A stretch of DNA of 64,000 nt, from positions 160,001-224,000 of the forward strand of contig CAWFGE010000012.1 of the NCBI GenBank assembly GCA_963815195.1, written 5' to 3'. Made by a program: the position numbers and the translations under genes. The notes below the pieces were generated by a model that saw only the letters and a list, made by a program, of their open reading frames with translations, did no database searches and was not told the origin of the DNA. Numbering within the stretch: the stretch's first letter is position 1; the number at the start of each line of letters is the position of its first letter. Below are positions 52,700 to 63,942 of this stretch, in pieces. The DNA comes from an uncultured Planctomycetaceae bacterium. GTDB lineage: Bacteria; Planctomycetota; Planctomycetia; Planctomycetales; Planctomycetaceae.

Positions 52700-55148
52700 T
52701 CACTCCACCGATTCCGCGGCGAGGCGTTCGTAGGTTTTGATGGCTCTTTGATACGCCTGATGCGCGGCTTCGCGTTCGGGCGGGGCGATTTTCGTGTGGC
52801 GGTTTTTCCAGAGGAGTTTGATCGTCTCCGCGCACCAGCAGGCGCTGTTTTTGGAAACGCGGATCGGTTTGTCCGCCACGATCACGTTGACCGGGTTGGT
52901 GTGCAGCTCGGGGAATTGGCGGAGGGCGATCCAGGTGCTTTGGTCCACGTCGATTTGGAATTTTAGGTCGTGGAGTTTGCCGTCGGCGGGGACGGTTTGT
53001 TTCGCCACGACTTTTCCGCCCGCGACGATTTCCACCAGCCGCGGGCCGCCTTGGACCATCTCCGTGGAGCGCGGGGCGTGGAGTTCTCGCGTGTCGCCCA
53101 CGTCCCGCCGGCCGGTTGCGGGCATGAGTTGGCCGTACGCGACCGCTTTGGGAACTTCCGGGGCGAAGGCGACTTTGGCTTTGATCGTGACTTGCCCCGG
53201 TGCTTTCAGGCGAACATCCTCGCGGCCCGGTGTTTGGCCGCCCACTTCAAATTCCACCGCGTGGGCATAGCCGTCGGAAACATAAGACCGGCCCTTGCCC
53301 AAGCCTTCGCACCAGGCATGGAAGTCCACGTGATCGACTTGCCCCAAGAGCACATACACCCGCCCCTGTCCGACCCGTCGGCTGCTCATGCAGGGGAAAT
53401 CCGTTTCGCCGCTGAGCTTCAAAGGGAAGCCGCAGTTCATCAGGTGATACCACGTGTTCCACTCGCCGATGCGCTCGGTGTCCATCGCGGAGACAAAATC
53501 GCACACGCCCTCGGCCGTGCTCACGCAAATCTCCATCGCCCCGCCGCCGTTCATCTCGGGGACCGCCAGGTTCGGCAATTGATCGGCCGCGCGGTCGAGG
53601 CTCAACGTCAACTCGCGTTCGGTGAGAAACCGGTCGCCGTCGGCGTCAATCTTTATAAACGGTTCCGGCATCAAACCCGCGGCGGCTTCGACCTGGTTAA
53701 GTTTCCCGTCTTTATCTTCATCAAGCGAGATCAACAACCGCTTGGCGGCGGCGGGCGGGTTGACCTGCATCGCCGAGTGCGGATAGCCGGTGACGCCGCC
53801 TTGCTGTTTGCACCAGCGGAGCACGGGCACCGTCCACGTCGGCCAGCCCTCGGTCTTCGTACCTTTCGATCCCGGGTAGGTCTGGTCCTTGAGATTGAGC
53901 AAACACACATGCCCCATCGCCGCGGAGCCGAACCCGCTGATTTCCAGATCGTACTTTAAGAGCGTGAAGGGCTCGCTGATGTCGGCCGCCTGCGGGGAAA
54001 AGTATTGCCGCTGAAATTCAAAGCAAGGCCCCCACGTCAAGACGCAGCCCACGTTGAGGCCTTCGCCTTTGACCTGGGCGAACATGTCCCGCGGCGTCAC
54101 GCCTTGGGTGGGGCTTTCGTAATGGGCGCAGCCGGCTCCGTGGATGTGATGATCGCCGCCATAAAACCCGAACGCCTCCGGATCGATCCAGCGTTCAAGC
54201 TTGACGTTGATAGTTGCCGGCCCTTTCGCGGGAACTAGGACCTCGTGCTGTTTTGACTTTGTATTCCGGCCCGCGGCAGGATTCCAACGTAAACTTCCCC
54301 GGCGGCAAGAGCACCGTCTGGCCGTCGTGCCGATAGATTTGCGGCTGGAAGAAAAAGTCGGGAGCCAGGCGCTTGGCCTGCGGCGGATAGACCCGGCCCT
54401 TTGCATCGCGAAAGATCAAGCGGGCCGCGGTGGGCCGGCCATTGTCATCGCGAATGTTCATCCGCACGGGAACGGCGGGGCGAACCTCGAACAGCACCGG
54501 CACCTCGCCTCGAAAACCGAGGTCCTGCGTCCCGGCCCCGACATCGAAGCCGATCGTCGCCTCGCGCTTGCCGGCTTCGCTGCTGTAGATCAGGGCGATC
54601 GCGTATTCCACTTCCAAGCCGCTGAGGTTCCGCGTCATCGGCGGCGACCCGAACATCTCGACATCCAAGAACCGATCGGCCTCGCCCTGGGTGTTTTCGT
54701 TTTCCTTGAGTTCCGTCTGCGCCTGGCGGGTGAGACTGTTCAGGCTCGCGCCGGAATACACCGCCCCGGACTGGGGGCTGGTGATCTTCAGCTTGCGCGT
54801 GACGGTGCTATGATTGTGCACCTTGACCAACACCGGCGTGTAACCCCCCTGCTGCAAGACCGCATTCGCCGGTCCGCGCCCGACCTTCACCCGCACTTCC
54901 GGGTTGAGGGCAACGGCAAACAACACGTGCGGATCCAACTGTTCCTGAAGCCGCTTCGCATCCCGCTTCTTCGCCGCGTCCAAAACCGCCCGCGAAGTTT
55001 TCTCTGGCAATGGCGCTCCCAAAAACTCGAGCGCCTCGACCACCCGCTTCGCATTCGCCCCCAGCGGCTGGCCTTCGACAGCCTCGATCGGCAACGAAGA
55101 TTCCGCCGCCGCGGTGCCCGCGCTGAGCAAGACAATCCACAAGCCCAT
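52700..55148 (-). CDS. CehA/McbA-family metallohydrolase with inserted EF-hand pair (frameshift near 54245)
   Basis: GDHHIH, GHVCLL, YPHS, SGETDFPC, GRSYVSDG, HTNP; DEDKDGKL and DADGDRFL loops. Confidence 0.8.
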
Positions 55149-55303
55149 CGGTTGCCATTTGATTAATCATAAACCTGGCATTATTGTTCCCCATCGTGAA
55201 TTGCAGAAGTTTTTTGGAACAGTCATCTTCGCGATCATCCGCTTGATTCGGCCGTCTGAAAATCTGAAACTTAAATTTGCATCGTTTCCTATCGAGAAAA
55301 AAA

Positions 55304-55532
55304 GGACCGAAGGTCGCAGCAGCATGTCAGCCCTGGGAATTGGATTGACGAATGAACCCGAAGCCCCAACGGGGCGGCTCTACTTTAGCACCTGTGTGGA
55401 GAATACGATGTGCATAAGGTGCTCCACCTTCGCGTCTTGAATTTAGGACCGCCCCGTCGGGGCTTTTTCAACGAATTGGTTTCGCTTCCCAGGGCTGCAC
55501 CCTGGGCTGGCATATGCACGGGCCTTTGGCCC
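55304..55532. repeat. Composite palindromic extragenic element (MITE/REP-like)
   Basis: CAGCCCTGGG/CCCAGGGCTG and AGCCCCAACGGGGCGG/CCGCCCCGTCGGGGCT inverted pairs. Confidence 0.6.
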
Positions 55533-55591
55533 GTGACCATGGCATCACACAACGCGCATGCCGTTTTTTCGTTGCTCCATGACTTAATCCG

Positions 55592-57130
55592 TCACTTTTT
55601 CAACAGGTACTTGATATAGAACTCGTTCTGAAAGATTTCTTCGGGATCGTATTTGCGCTTGAGCTTCAAAAACTCTTTCGCCTGCGGATAGGCGCGATCG
55701 AACTGCTCCACGGTCGCGTGCAGACGGTAGGGCAAATAGTACCGGCCGCCCGCCCTGAGCGCGGCTTCGATGAGATCCTCCGTCATCTCCTGCATCGCGG
55801 TGTCGCCGGCGTTGGTTCGCGGTTGATTGAACAACATTACAAACGCGAACATCGGCTGATCGGCGTAGCGCAAAAACGTGTCCTGGTCCTCAGCCACAAA
55901 CCGCACGGTCACGTTGAGCAAATCCCCGTTGTGGGCCGGGATGATCCGCTTGAGGTCCTCCACGAACCGCACCACGCCGGTTTTCGGGACGAAGTATTCG
56001 TGCAGAATGTCCGTCGAGTTTTTGGTGCGGTTTTGAAAGGTCTCCACGCCTTCGTTCAAGAGCTGGTTTCGCGAAAAATGTTTTTGACGCAGATGCGGCT
56101 GAAGCCGGGTCTCGGCTTCCCAGCGGAGCCTCTTGCCGTAGTCGCTGCCGACGGACCCGCGGAACAAACTCCGCCGGAGCGCGGCCATGCCTTTTTCGGT
56201 CAGTTCAGGCAGCTTGCCGTCGTCCGGCGGGTCGCGATAGAGCGCGGTGATGATGACTTCGTTCAGAAAATCGCCGGGCACGATGCCCATGCGGGCGTAG
56301 ACCATCGCCACGTCGGTTTTTTCGAAGACCGTGTCTTCAAAGGTGGTCAGGGCTTCCTCGGCGGGAACGAGAAACTGCTCGATGCGGTAACGCTCGTTGG
56401 GCACCACGCGGAGATCCACATCGAGAATCACGCCGAACAGCCCATAGCCGCCTAAGACGAGCGAGAACAGTTCTATATTCTCGGACCGGCTGCAGCGGAC
56501 GATCTCGCCGCCCGCTTTCATCAAACGAAAACTTTCGACGGTCGAAGCGATCGGCGGCATGCCGAACTGCCAGCCGTGGCAGTTCACGCTGATCGAGCCG
56601 CCCACGCTGAAGGAGTTGTTCGATTGCATCACCGCGACGGACAGGCCGTGGGCGTCGAGTTTCCGAATCACATCCGCCCAAATCGCCCCGGCCCCGACCT
56701 TCAGGATCTTTTGCTCCTCGTCCAGTTCCATGCGGTCAAAGGGCAGCATATCGACGGCGATCCCGCCGGGATAAATCGTATGCCCGCCCATGCTATGCCT
56801 GGCGCCCGCGATCGAGATCTTCCGCTTCTCGGCCCGCGCTCGCCTGAGCAATTCGGCGAGCTGCGCCTCGGCCGCTGTTTGGTCCTCTGGGATCTTCCAG
56901 ACTTCCGTGACCTCGGTGCGGTTCATCCGGCTCGCATCATCGACAAACCCCACCGGCAGCGGCTCGAGTTCATTGACATCCTTCGTCGCCGTGGCAATCA
57001 CATGCCAAACCGGCCGCACGGCTAAGAGCGCCAAAATCCCCAAAAGGGCCGCCGCCATCCGGAGAATCCTCCGCCGGTTTTTCCGCGGGGGAGGATCGGG
57101 AGCAGCTTGGGAATCTTGCGACTCGGTCAT
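55592..57130 (-). CDS. FAD-binding oxidoreductase (ALO/DprE1-like)
   Basis: AGARHSMGG, SVGGSISVNCHG, GGYGLFGVI, GGRYYLPY, KRKYDP..IFQN. Confidence 0.88.
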   Translation of the reverse strand: MTESQDSQAAPDPPPRKNRRRILRMAAALLGILALLAVRPVWHVIATATKDVNELEPLPVGFVDDASRMNRTEVTEVWKIPEDQTAAEAQLAELLRRARAEKRKISIAGARHSMGGHTIYPGGIAVDMLPFDRMELDEEQKILKVGAGAIWADVIRKLDAHGLSVAVMQSNNSFSVGGSISVNCHGWQFGMPPIASTVESFRLMKAGGEIVRCSRSENIELFSLVLGGYGLFGVILDVDLRVVPNERYRIEQFLVPAEEALTTFEDTVFEKTDVAMVYARMGIVPGDFLNEVIITALYRDPPDDGKLPELTEKGMAALRRSLFRGSVGSDYGKRLRWEAETRLQPHLRQKHFSRNQLLNEGVETFQNRTKNSTDILHEYFVPKTGVVRFVEDLKRIIPAHNGDLLNVTVRFVAEDQDTFLRYADQPMFAFVMLFNQPRTNAGDTAMQEMTEDLIEAALRAGGRYYLPYRLHATVEQFDRAYPQAKEFLKLKRKYDPEEIFQNEFYIKYLLKK

Positions 57131-57201
57131 TGGAAACGATTCCTCATTTGCCAAACCTTCTCGATCCCGCCAATGACGGCGATTTGGTCATTCGTGCCTG
57201 G

Positions 57202-59877
57202 TCATTGGGATTTCTCCGCAAGAGACTCTCGCTCCCAGACCGCCGGCAGGTCCTTCGATGCGGGGCCGTAGGTTTGGGAGACGACGAAGCCGGAGGCTTG
57301 GGACGCGTAGAAGATGCGGCCGTTGGAGACGACCGCGCCTAAGCATTCGCGGGAGTCGATTGCGGGGCCGGTGGAGACGAGCTTGCCGTCTTGCGAGAGG
57401 TCGATCATGTCCATGTTCGCGCCGAGGACGTAAGGCTCGGACAGCGTGAATCGGCAGCAGGCGTAGTTGTGGCCGATGCTGCTCACGATCTTGCCGGACT
57501 GGCGGTCGAACACGTTGCCTTTGCCGCGGAGGGCGTTGGAGAAGATAAACCGCTCGCCCACCGTAACCACATTGAGGGCGGAGGTGACCGGATCGGACCG
57601 CCAGACGAGCGAGCCGTCTTTGGCGTCCAGGCACCAGACATAGCGGTCGTTGGTGTCTTCGTTGGGCCGGTTGTTGCCGCCAATATAGATCCGCCCGCCC
57701 TTGGCGCTCAAGGTGCATTTGGCGGTGACATAATACTCGGTCGTCAGCCAAACGATCTCGCCGGTTTTAGGATCGAGGCAAGCGGTGACGCCGTTGTTCT
57801 CGACGGGCAAACCCCGACGCCGGCGTACGCTCGCCGCATAGCCGAAGAACGTCGAGTAATACAGCTTCCCATCGAGCAAACAAATCCCGCAGTCATTGCC
57901 GCCGCGGCCGTACTTGGAGAAATCCTTTTCCCACAGCACCTTGCCGGTGTTTAGATCCCAGGCCCAGAGCCGGGGGCGGTTGTCTTTGGGGTAATAGGGG
58001 TTGTCGTTCGAGTAGATCCAGCTCATCACTTCGCGGCCGCCGAAATCCTCGGGCGTGCCGCCGAAGGTCCAAGGTTTCTCGCTGCCTTGCGGAGCGTATT
58101 CGCCGTCGCCGGAGGCATAGATCGCGATGTTCCCTTCCACGACGGGCGGGAACTGCCGGCTCCAGTTGGGCGTGCCCGTGAAAGGCTTTTCCCAAAGCAG
58201 TTTGCCGGTCGCGGCATCCAGGCAGCGCATGCGGGATTTTTTCAGGCCCGCCTGCGGCACGAGTAGTTTGCCATTAATATAAAGGGGCGAGGTGAACGAC
58301 AAATACACATCCGGCCAATACCGCCGCCAGAGAATGCGGCCGGTGTCCTCTTCGCAGGCGATGACCTGGCCTTCCGCCGTATGCGTATAAAGCCGCCCGC
58401 CGCCGCAGACTGGCAAATGCTTGATCGTGCCTTCCAATCTTTTGGCCCAGCGCATTCGGAGCGGCGGCTTCAAACCTTGATCGTTCGCATTGCTGCCTTG
58501 AAAATCGCCGTAGTTGGTGTACCAGTCGTACTTCGCCTTCGCAAACGGCCCGGTGAGTGGACTGCGGATTTTCCAAAGCTCGAGATCCTTCGCCGGCAAT
58601 GCCGCTTTACCGTCTGGACCTAGTATATATAAATGCCCATCTTCGCAGGGGATATAGATCTTTCCATCCTGCACCGCGACCGGAGCCGTAATCGGTGCCG
58701 CAAATGCCGTTGTGAAACGAGTGATCTCCCCGCCATCCAAAGGCACGATATAGAGTTTGCCGTCGAGCCCCCCATAGATCGCATGATCCCGCGTGAGCAC
58801 CGGCGGGCAAATCGCCGCGGCTTCGGAGAGCACCTCTGGCTTGTCGGAGCCTTTCGTATAGCGGCAGAGTCCGTAACCCTGTTCGGGCCGGACGCGGTAC
58901 ACTTCATCGCCGCGAATGCTGACCTGGGAAAAACTCAACAGCCCCGGAAGCCGGATCGACGTTTCCGTGCCTTTCACGTAATCGTATTCGAGCTTCTCGC
59001 CATTCAGGTGCATGACCTCCACTCGGCCTGCATTATCGCGGCGGTGCCATTGGACATAGACGTTGCCCTTGTCATCCGCGGATTGCCCGAACGTCGCGGG
59101 ATATTCGGAGCCGGCATAGTTGGGAATCACGCCGACCGCCCGAAGCTTCGGACCATCGCCTGCATCTTCGAGAAACACCGTGCGGCCGCCGGCGGGCATG
59201 ACCACGGTTTTCCCGACGAGGCATATATCCCGCGAGCAGACGAAATGGTCCCGCCAGGTCACGCGGTCGCCGCGGGCTTTGAGCCAGTCTTCGCCCTTCC
59301 AGCGGTCGCCGTCGAACTTGACGACTTCCTTCACAAAGTCCCAGGTCCAAGCGACTTCACCTTCTGGAGAAACCGCATAAACTCTCGCCCCCAAGGTGGC
59401 AAAATAAACCCGATCGTCCCCCACCGCCGGGGCGGAGAAAATCGGCTCCCGGCAGTCGATCGTCTTTAACACCTTTCCCGTGTCTTTATCGAGCACATAG
59501 TAATAGCCCGCCGTGGTGCCGACGTGGAGATAGTTCCCCACCACCGCAGGGGCTGCGACGTTGTTGCAGTTGCCGGCTCCGCCTTCGGTGGCGAATCTCC
59601 ATAGAACCTTCTGGGTCTCGGCATCGATCGCAAACACGACGCCGGAACCGTCCATCACGAACACTTTGCCGCCGCTAATTACAGGCGACGCATAGAGGCC
59701 GTCCGTCAAGGGAATCACTGCCACTAATCCTAATCGAGAATCTATAACCTCGCCCGGCCTGTTCCCGGACCTTAGCGCATTGCCCTGAAGCTGCCGCCAC
59801 TCCGCGGCGTCCGCCGATCGCAGCAAGACACACATCAAGATGACAGAAAGCAAAACACTATTTCGCGCGCGCGTCAT
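57202..59877 (-). CDS. Secreted PQQ-like beta-propeller repeat protein (two propellers)
   Basis: Signal peptide, W.Q.QGN..RSG, repeated CLDA.TGK.LW motifs. Confidence 0.85.
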   Translation of the reverse strand: MTRARNSVLLSVILMCVLLRSADAAEWRQLQGNALRSGNRPGEVIDSRLGLVAVIPLTDGLYASPVISGGKVFVMDGSGVVFAIDAETQKVLWRFATEGGAGNCNNVAAPAVVGNYLHVGTTAGYYYVLDKDTGKVLKTIDCREPIFSAPAVGDDRVYFATLGARVYAVSPEGEVAWTWDFVKEVVKFDGDRWKGEDWLKARGDRVTWRDHFVCSRDICLVGKTVVMPAGGRTVFLEDAGDGPKLRAVGVIPNYAGSEYPATFGQSADDKGNVYVQWHRRDNAGRVEVMHLNGEKLEYDYVKGTETSIRLPGLLSFSQVSIRGDEVYRVRPEQGYGLCRYTKGSDKPEVLSEAAAICPPVLTRDHAIYGGLDGKLYIVPLDGGEITRFTTAFAAPITAPVAVQDGKIYIPCEDGHLYILGPDGKAALPAKDLELWKIRSPLTGPFAKAKYDWYTNYGDFQGSNANDQGLKPPLRMRWAKRLEGTIKHLPVCGGGRLYTHTAEGQVIACEEDTGRILWRRYWPDVYLSFTSPLYINGKLLVPQAGLKKSRMRCLDAATGKLLWEKPFTGTPNWSRQFPPVVEGNIAIYASGDGEYAPQGSEKPWTFGGTPEDFGGREVMSWIYSNDNPYYPKDNRPRLWAWDLNTGKVLWEKDFSKYGRGGNDCGICLLDGKLYYSTFFGYAASVRRRRGLPVENNGVTACLDPKTGEIVWLTTEYYVTAKCTLSAKGGRIYIGGNNRPNEDTNDRYVWCLDAKDGSLVWRSDPVTSALNVVTVGERFIFSNALRGKGNVFDRQSGKIVSSIGHNYACCRFTLSEPYVLGANMDMIDLSQDGKLVSTGPAIDSRECLGAVVSNGRIFYASQASGFVVSQTYGPASKDLPAVWERESLAEKSQ

Positions 59878-59933
59878 GATTCACCTCAATGTTGTTGATA
59901 GATCCCTTTTCGTGTGTTTCGTGGTCCGCGGCT

Positions 59934-61355
59934 TTACTTTTTCAATTGCTGCATGAGGCCTAAGATCGCCTGGGTGATTTTTTGCGAGGCGTCTTTTTCC
60001 ACGCGATTGGTGCCCATCCAGGTTTCGTAGCCGCCGAGCTCGTGTTGCCGGGGCGTGGGCAGGTAGCCGTGCGAACTGTTGGCGAGTTCGATCGTAAACG
60101 CATCCGCGAACGGGGCTTCGTCTTTGATCTCAAGCCCCGTTTCGGTAAACACCTCAAACGGAATCGCCGCGATCGCCAAATCGCCGATCCGCAGGACCTG
60201 CAAGGGCACATCGATCTCGGCCGGGCCGTCGTCGAGCGCCTGCACGCGCTCGGCATAAATCTTCTCATAGCGGTGAAACGTCGGAGCATCGTCCGGCTTG
60301 GCCGTGACTTCTTTCAAGTACTTCCGCATCTCGGCATCGGGTTTTCGCACCTTGAGCGTAAGCTCCCGCCGGGCGGAACCTAGCTTGACCCAATCGCGAT
60401 AGGCGATTTTCCCCTCGGCTTCTTTCACCCGCTGGGCGACCTTCTCGGCGACTTCTTGCATCTTCTCGTAAGGCTCGTACCGCTTGCCGTTTTTCTCGCG
60501 GAAGTTGATGTTGTTGACATCGCCGCTGGTCCCGTTGGTGAGGATGCCCACGAATGAAGGCTCGGACTTCTCGGCATTCAAGAGTTCGCCGATGCGGTTC
60601 GCGAAGATCGCAAAATAGTCGGCCGACACCTCCCCGCCTTTGACGCCGCCCACGTAGTGCAGCGAATAGCTGGCTAGCAGCGCCATCGGCCGCCCGGCTT
60701 TCGATCGCACGCTGAGAAAAGAAATCTCCGGATCGGTCGGCCCCGCGGGTTTGACTAAAGTGGCATTGCCCCGCGGCGGGTTCATGCGGACTTTGTCCAT
60801 CTTGCCGAACGGGTTTTTGAGGAGTTCCGGATCGGTCACGTACCAGCGACGGTTGAAAAGCTCCGAAGGCTCATCCACGCCGCCCCAACCGATCTTCGCG
60901 GGCTCGAGATTCTTAAGCGCCTGCTTCAAAGCCTGGACGATGCCCCGCACTACGATCGGCCGATACTTGGGCAGCCGGGCGCGGGTCGCCGAGTGCGAAT
61001 GCGTCGCGGCCATCAGGATATTCTCGGCGGGAAAGCTGGTTTCCTTGGCGATCTGTTCGCGGGCCTCGTCGTAAACCTCCCGCACGATGCCCACGTTGTC
61101 GCAGATGACGAAGGCGATCCGCGCCTCGCCGTTGTCGAGCACCAGACAGCGGGCGTGCAGCTTGTCGTGAATCGTCTTCGCGGGCGGCGACGTAAAATTG
61201 CCCACGATCAATTCCCCCAAAGGCGGCGTAATGTCGGCGATTGCCGCCCCGGCCTTGAGCCCGCGCTCCGCTTGTTTCTCCGCCGCTCGCGCCTCGCTGA
61301 AGAGGGCCGCCGCCGTCAATCCCCACACCATTCCCAAAACCAAAACTCGCCGCAT
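59934..61355 (-). CDS. Neutral/alkaline ceramidase N-terminal-domain protein
   Basis: AGAA..DITP, HD.LHAR.LVL, ATHSHS, GTSGDVN, PFEVF.E.G, GYLPT, GGYE. Confidence 0.8.
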   Translation of the reverse strand: MRRVLVLGMVWGLTAAALFSEARAAEKQAERGLKAGAAIADITPPLGELIVGNFTSPPAKTIHDKLHARCLVLDNGEARIAFVICDNVGIVREVYDEAREQIAKETSFPAENILMAATHSHSATRARLPKYRPIVVRGIVQALKQALKNLEPAKIGWGGVDEPSELFNRRWYVTDPELLKNPFGKMDKVRMNPPRGNATLVKPAGPTDPEISFLSVRSKAGRPMALLASYSLHYVGGVKGGEVSADYFAIFANRIGELLNAEKSEPSFVGILTNGTSGDVNNINFREKNGKRYEPYEKMQEVAEKVAQRVKEAEGKIAYRDWVKLGSARRELTLKVRKPDAEMRKYLKEVTAKPDDAPTFHRYEKIYAERVQALDDGPAEIDVPLQVLRIGDLAIAAIPFEVFTETGLEIKDEAPFADAFTIELANSSHGYLPTPRQHELGGYETWMGTNRVEKDASQKITQAILGLMQQLKK

Positions 61356-61503
61356 GGCTGTTCTCCCAATGGTCGCGCAACACGGTCACCGCCACAAACA
61401 TCGATGACTGCCCATGTGTTATCATCGTACCGGGATCTCGTGGAATTTGCCAAGCACGTCACGCGTCGGCGGGATCGGACGACAAACGGGCTGTTTCGCG
61501 GAG

Positions 61504-63390
61504 TTATTGGCGGAGCAGCTTGCGAACGCGTTCCGCCTTCTCGAGCGTTCGTTCGGCTGCCTGGTGATTTCCGGCTTTGGCCTGGGCTTCGGCAAGCAGG
61601 CGGTAGACCTCGAATTGGTCGGGCTTTAATGCGAGAGCTTTCTCAAACACCGCCGCGGCTCCGTCGGCATCCTGTTCGTCAAGCCGGCAAACGCCGAGCA
61701 TTTGCCAATCCACGGCTCTCAGGCGGATCGCCGTGAGCTGCTCGAAGGCGCGTTTTGCTTTAGAGAGTTTGCCGTTCCGCAGATTCATGTCGCCCACAAT
61801 AATCAACGCATTGACCTTGCTGTCCGGTTCGCAATCGGGAGCTTGGAGTGCGTGTTCCGCGAATTTCAGAGCGCTCGGATCGTCTTCGTTCCATAACAAA
61901 TACGCCAGGCCCGCGGTGACGGCCGGATCTTGAAGCCCGCCTTCATAAGCCTGATTTAAGTGAAGGAATGCTTGCTTTAGCAGTTGGTCTCGTTCCTCGC
62001 CGGTCTGCTTTTCCCCGAAATGGAGCGAAGCCAAACCCAGGCAACGCTCGCGGTCCAATATTGGAAGATGGGAAACGTCCTCCACAGGAACGAGCCTCGC
62101 CGAGGCGGTCCGTTTCTGATAGCTCGTGACATGATCTCGTCCGATGCGATGATGCGTAAACGCGAAATGCGGGATGTTCGTGTCGGATTTCGGCATATGG
62201 CAGGCGGTGCAATCGTTCGCCGGGTTTTGCGCGAGCCGTTTTGGTTCCGGAATTCGGCAGCCCTTGCCCGGTTCCGCATGGCAGGAGAGACACTTTTGGC
62301 GATAGTAGCCGACTTTCGCGGCCGGTTCGGGAGGATCATGCGGATGATGGCAGGTCGTGCAGGTCAACGTCTCGGATTGGCGATAACAGGCGCTTTGGCG
62401 CATTTGCTCAAAGTGCCCCACAACGGTCATCGACTGCGAACTCTGCTCGGTTGTGTAATCGATGCGGTAATCCGTCAGCGGCAGACCGGGGCGGAAATCG
62501 CTCAAGTGCCGGCCGCGCACGCTCGCCGAGCCCGCCGCCGACAGATGGCAACGGGCGCAAATTGCTTCGTTTAACTTTCGGGGTAACTTGCCGGGATGGA
62601 TGATCGTCAAATCCCGCTCGCCTTGAATTACGGCTCCACCGCTTCGAACATCGGCGTGGAGCGAACCGGGGCCGTGGCAACTCTCGCAGCCGATTTGCAT
62701 CTCGTGAAACCGCAAACGGTGGGTGCTTCCTCCTTCGGCGTCCACTCGGCCCGCGTGGCATCGCACGCAGCCTTCGTGCGCTTGCCGGAGAAACCCTTCA
62801 TGCATCGGGAAATCGTAGCCGGGCGAAACCGCCCAGCGCTTTGTGGATGCGTACCATGTGATGGGAGATTCCAAGAGATAGCCGTCGATGTCAATCAAAT
62901 AGCTCCGCGAGTGATGCCCCGAACCGATGCGATAGGCCACGGGATAATCGCCCAGAACCAGTTCGTCCTTCGAGCCGCCCTTGATCACTTCCCGGTGACG
63001 AACTTCGCCCGCCTTGCGGTACACCTGATACGACCGCCCGGACGGTTTGTGATCGAACTCTCCGTCGGGTGGCTCCTCTTGCAGCGGAGCTCTTTCCAAA
63101 GCATGGTAATGCGACGTCGCCTGGAACGCCCGATACTGCTCCTGATGACAGTCGCGGCAAGCCTGGCTGCCAAGGTAGTCAGCGGCGGACTTCGTATTGA
63201 GATACGGCGAAACCGCCAGTTTGGGAAGCGGCGGAGCCGAGGGACGGCTCTTGTGAAGCGCCGCGTCGCTGAATGTGTGGGGGGACTCGGTCGTGCGACT
63301 GGAAACCCACAGCCACGCGCCGCCGCCCAATGCCAAGAGGAGCGAACCGAAAACCAATCGGCGTTTCGGATCATTCATGGGAGAACTCAT
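61504..63390 (-). CDS. Multiheme cytochrome c with C-terminal TPR
   Basis: Seven CxxCH (CRDCH, CVRCH, CESCHGPGS.H, CARCH, CTTCH, CLSCH, CTACH), THHRI, TPR helices. Confidence 0.88.
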   Translation of the reverse strand: MSSPMNDPKRRLVFGSLLLALGGGAWLWVSSRTTESPHTFSDAALHKSRPSAPPLPKLAVSPYLNTKSAADYLGSQACRDCHQEQYRAFQATSHYHALERAPLQEEPPDGEFDHKPSGRSYQVYRKAGEVRHREVIKGGSKDELVLGDYPVAYRIGSGHHSRSYLIDIDGYLLESPITWYASTKRWAVSPGYDFPMHEGFLRQAHEGCVRCHAGRVDAEGGSTHRLRFHEMQIGCESCHGPGSLHADVRSGGAVIQGERDLTIIHPGKLPRKLNEAICARCHLSAAGSASVRGRHLSDFRPGLPLTDYRIDYTTEQSSQSMTVVGHFEQMRQSACYRQSETLTCTTCHHPHDPPEPAAKVGYYRQKCLSCHAEPGKGCRIPEPKRLAQNPANDCTACHMPKSDTNIPHFAFTHHRIGRDHVTSYQKRTASARLVPVEDVSHLPILDRERCLGLASLHFGEKQTGEERDQLLKQAFLHLNQAYEGGLQDPAVTAGLAYLLWNEDDPSALKFAEHALQAPDCEPDSKVNALIIVGDMNLRNGKLSKAKRAFEQLTAIRLRAVDWQMLGVCRLDEQDADGAAAVFEKALALKPDQFEVYRLLAEAQAKAGNHQAAERTLEKAERVRKLLRQ

Positions 63391-63483
63391 GGCGGTTTCG
63401 GTGCGGCCGATTTATGCAATCTGCCGCCAGTTCCGAGGCCTAAGCCTGAAACTCGCGGCAGAGAATGCGGTGAGGTCAACCCG

Positions 63484-63942
63484 TCAAAGTTTGAAGTCGG
63501 CTTTGTCGGTGCCGCCTGCGGGAACGTTGAAGCTCAGCTTCGTCTGTAAGGGATCGCTGAACTCCGGCGGAAGCAAGGGTTTATCTTTTTTGAAATTTGG
63601 ATCGCCTCCTTGGCCCTCCTGCATGGCCCGGATTTGCTCTTCATCCATGCCCTCCATAGTCAAGTCAATTCCCCCCGAGCTTTTGTTGACCTCGGTCTTT
63701 TTGATATAGACTTTGCAGTCGCCGACCGGGGCCCCTCGGACGAGGGAATAATGACCTTGGGCATCCGTGCGACCATAACCCTCAACATTCCCCGAGACGA
63801 AGTAGACATCCGCATCGGCCAAGGGTTTACCCTTTAATGTGATCACTCCGGAAACATCGGCCATATCGACGGAATCTCCGCCGCCGCAGCCGCTGAATCC
63901 GCAGAGGGCCACAACAAAGAGATAAAGACAAAATCTTCGCAT
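63484..63942 (-). CDS. Planctomycete lipoprotein, carboxypeptidase-regulatory-like domain
   Basis: SGCG lipobox, VSG.ITL.G.PL..A.V.F, G.TD..G.Y.L, P..F....T.L...V. Confidence 0.82.
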   Translation of the reverse strand: MRRFCLYLFVVALCGFSGCGGGDSVDMADVSGVITLKGKPLADADVYFVSGNVEGYGRTDAQGHYSLVRGAPVGDCKVYIKKTEVNKSSGGIDLTMEGMDEEQIRAMQEGQGGDPNFKKDKPLLPPEFSDPLQTKLSFNVPAGGTDKADFKL

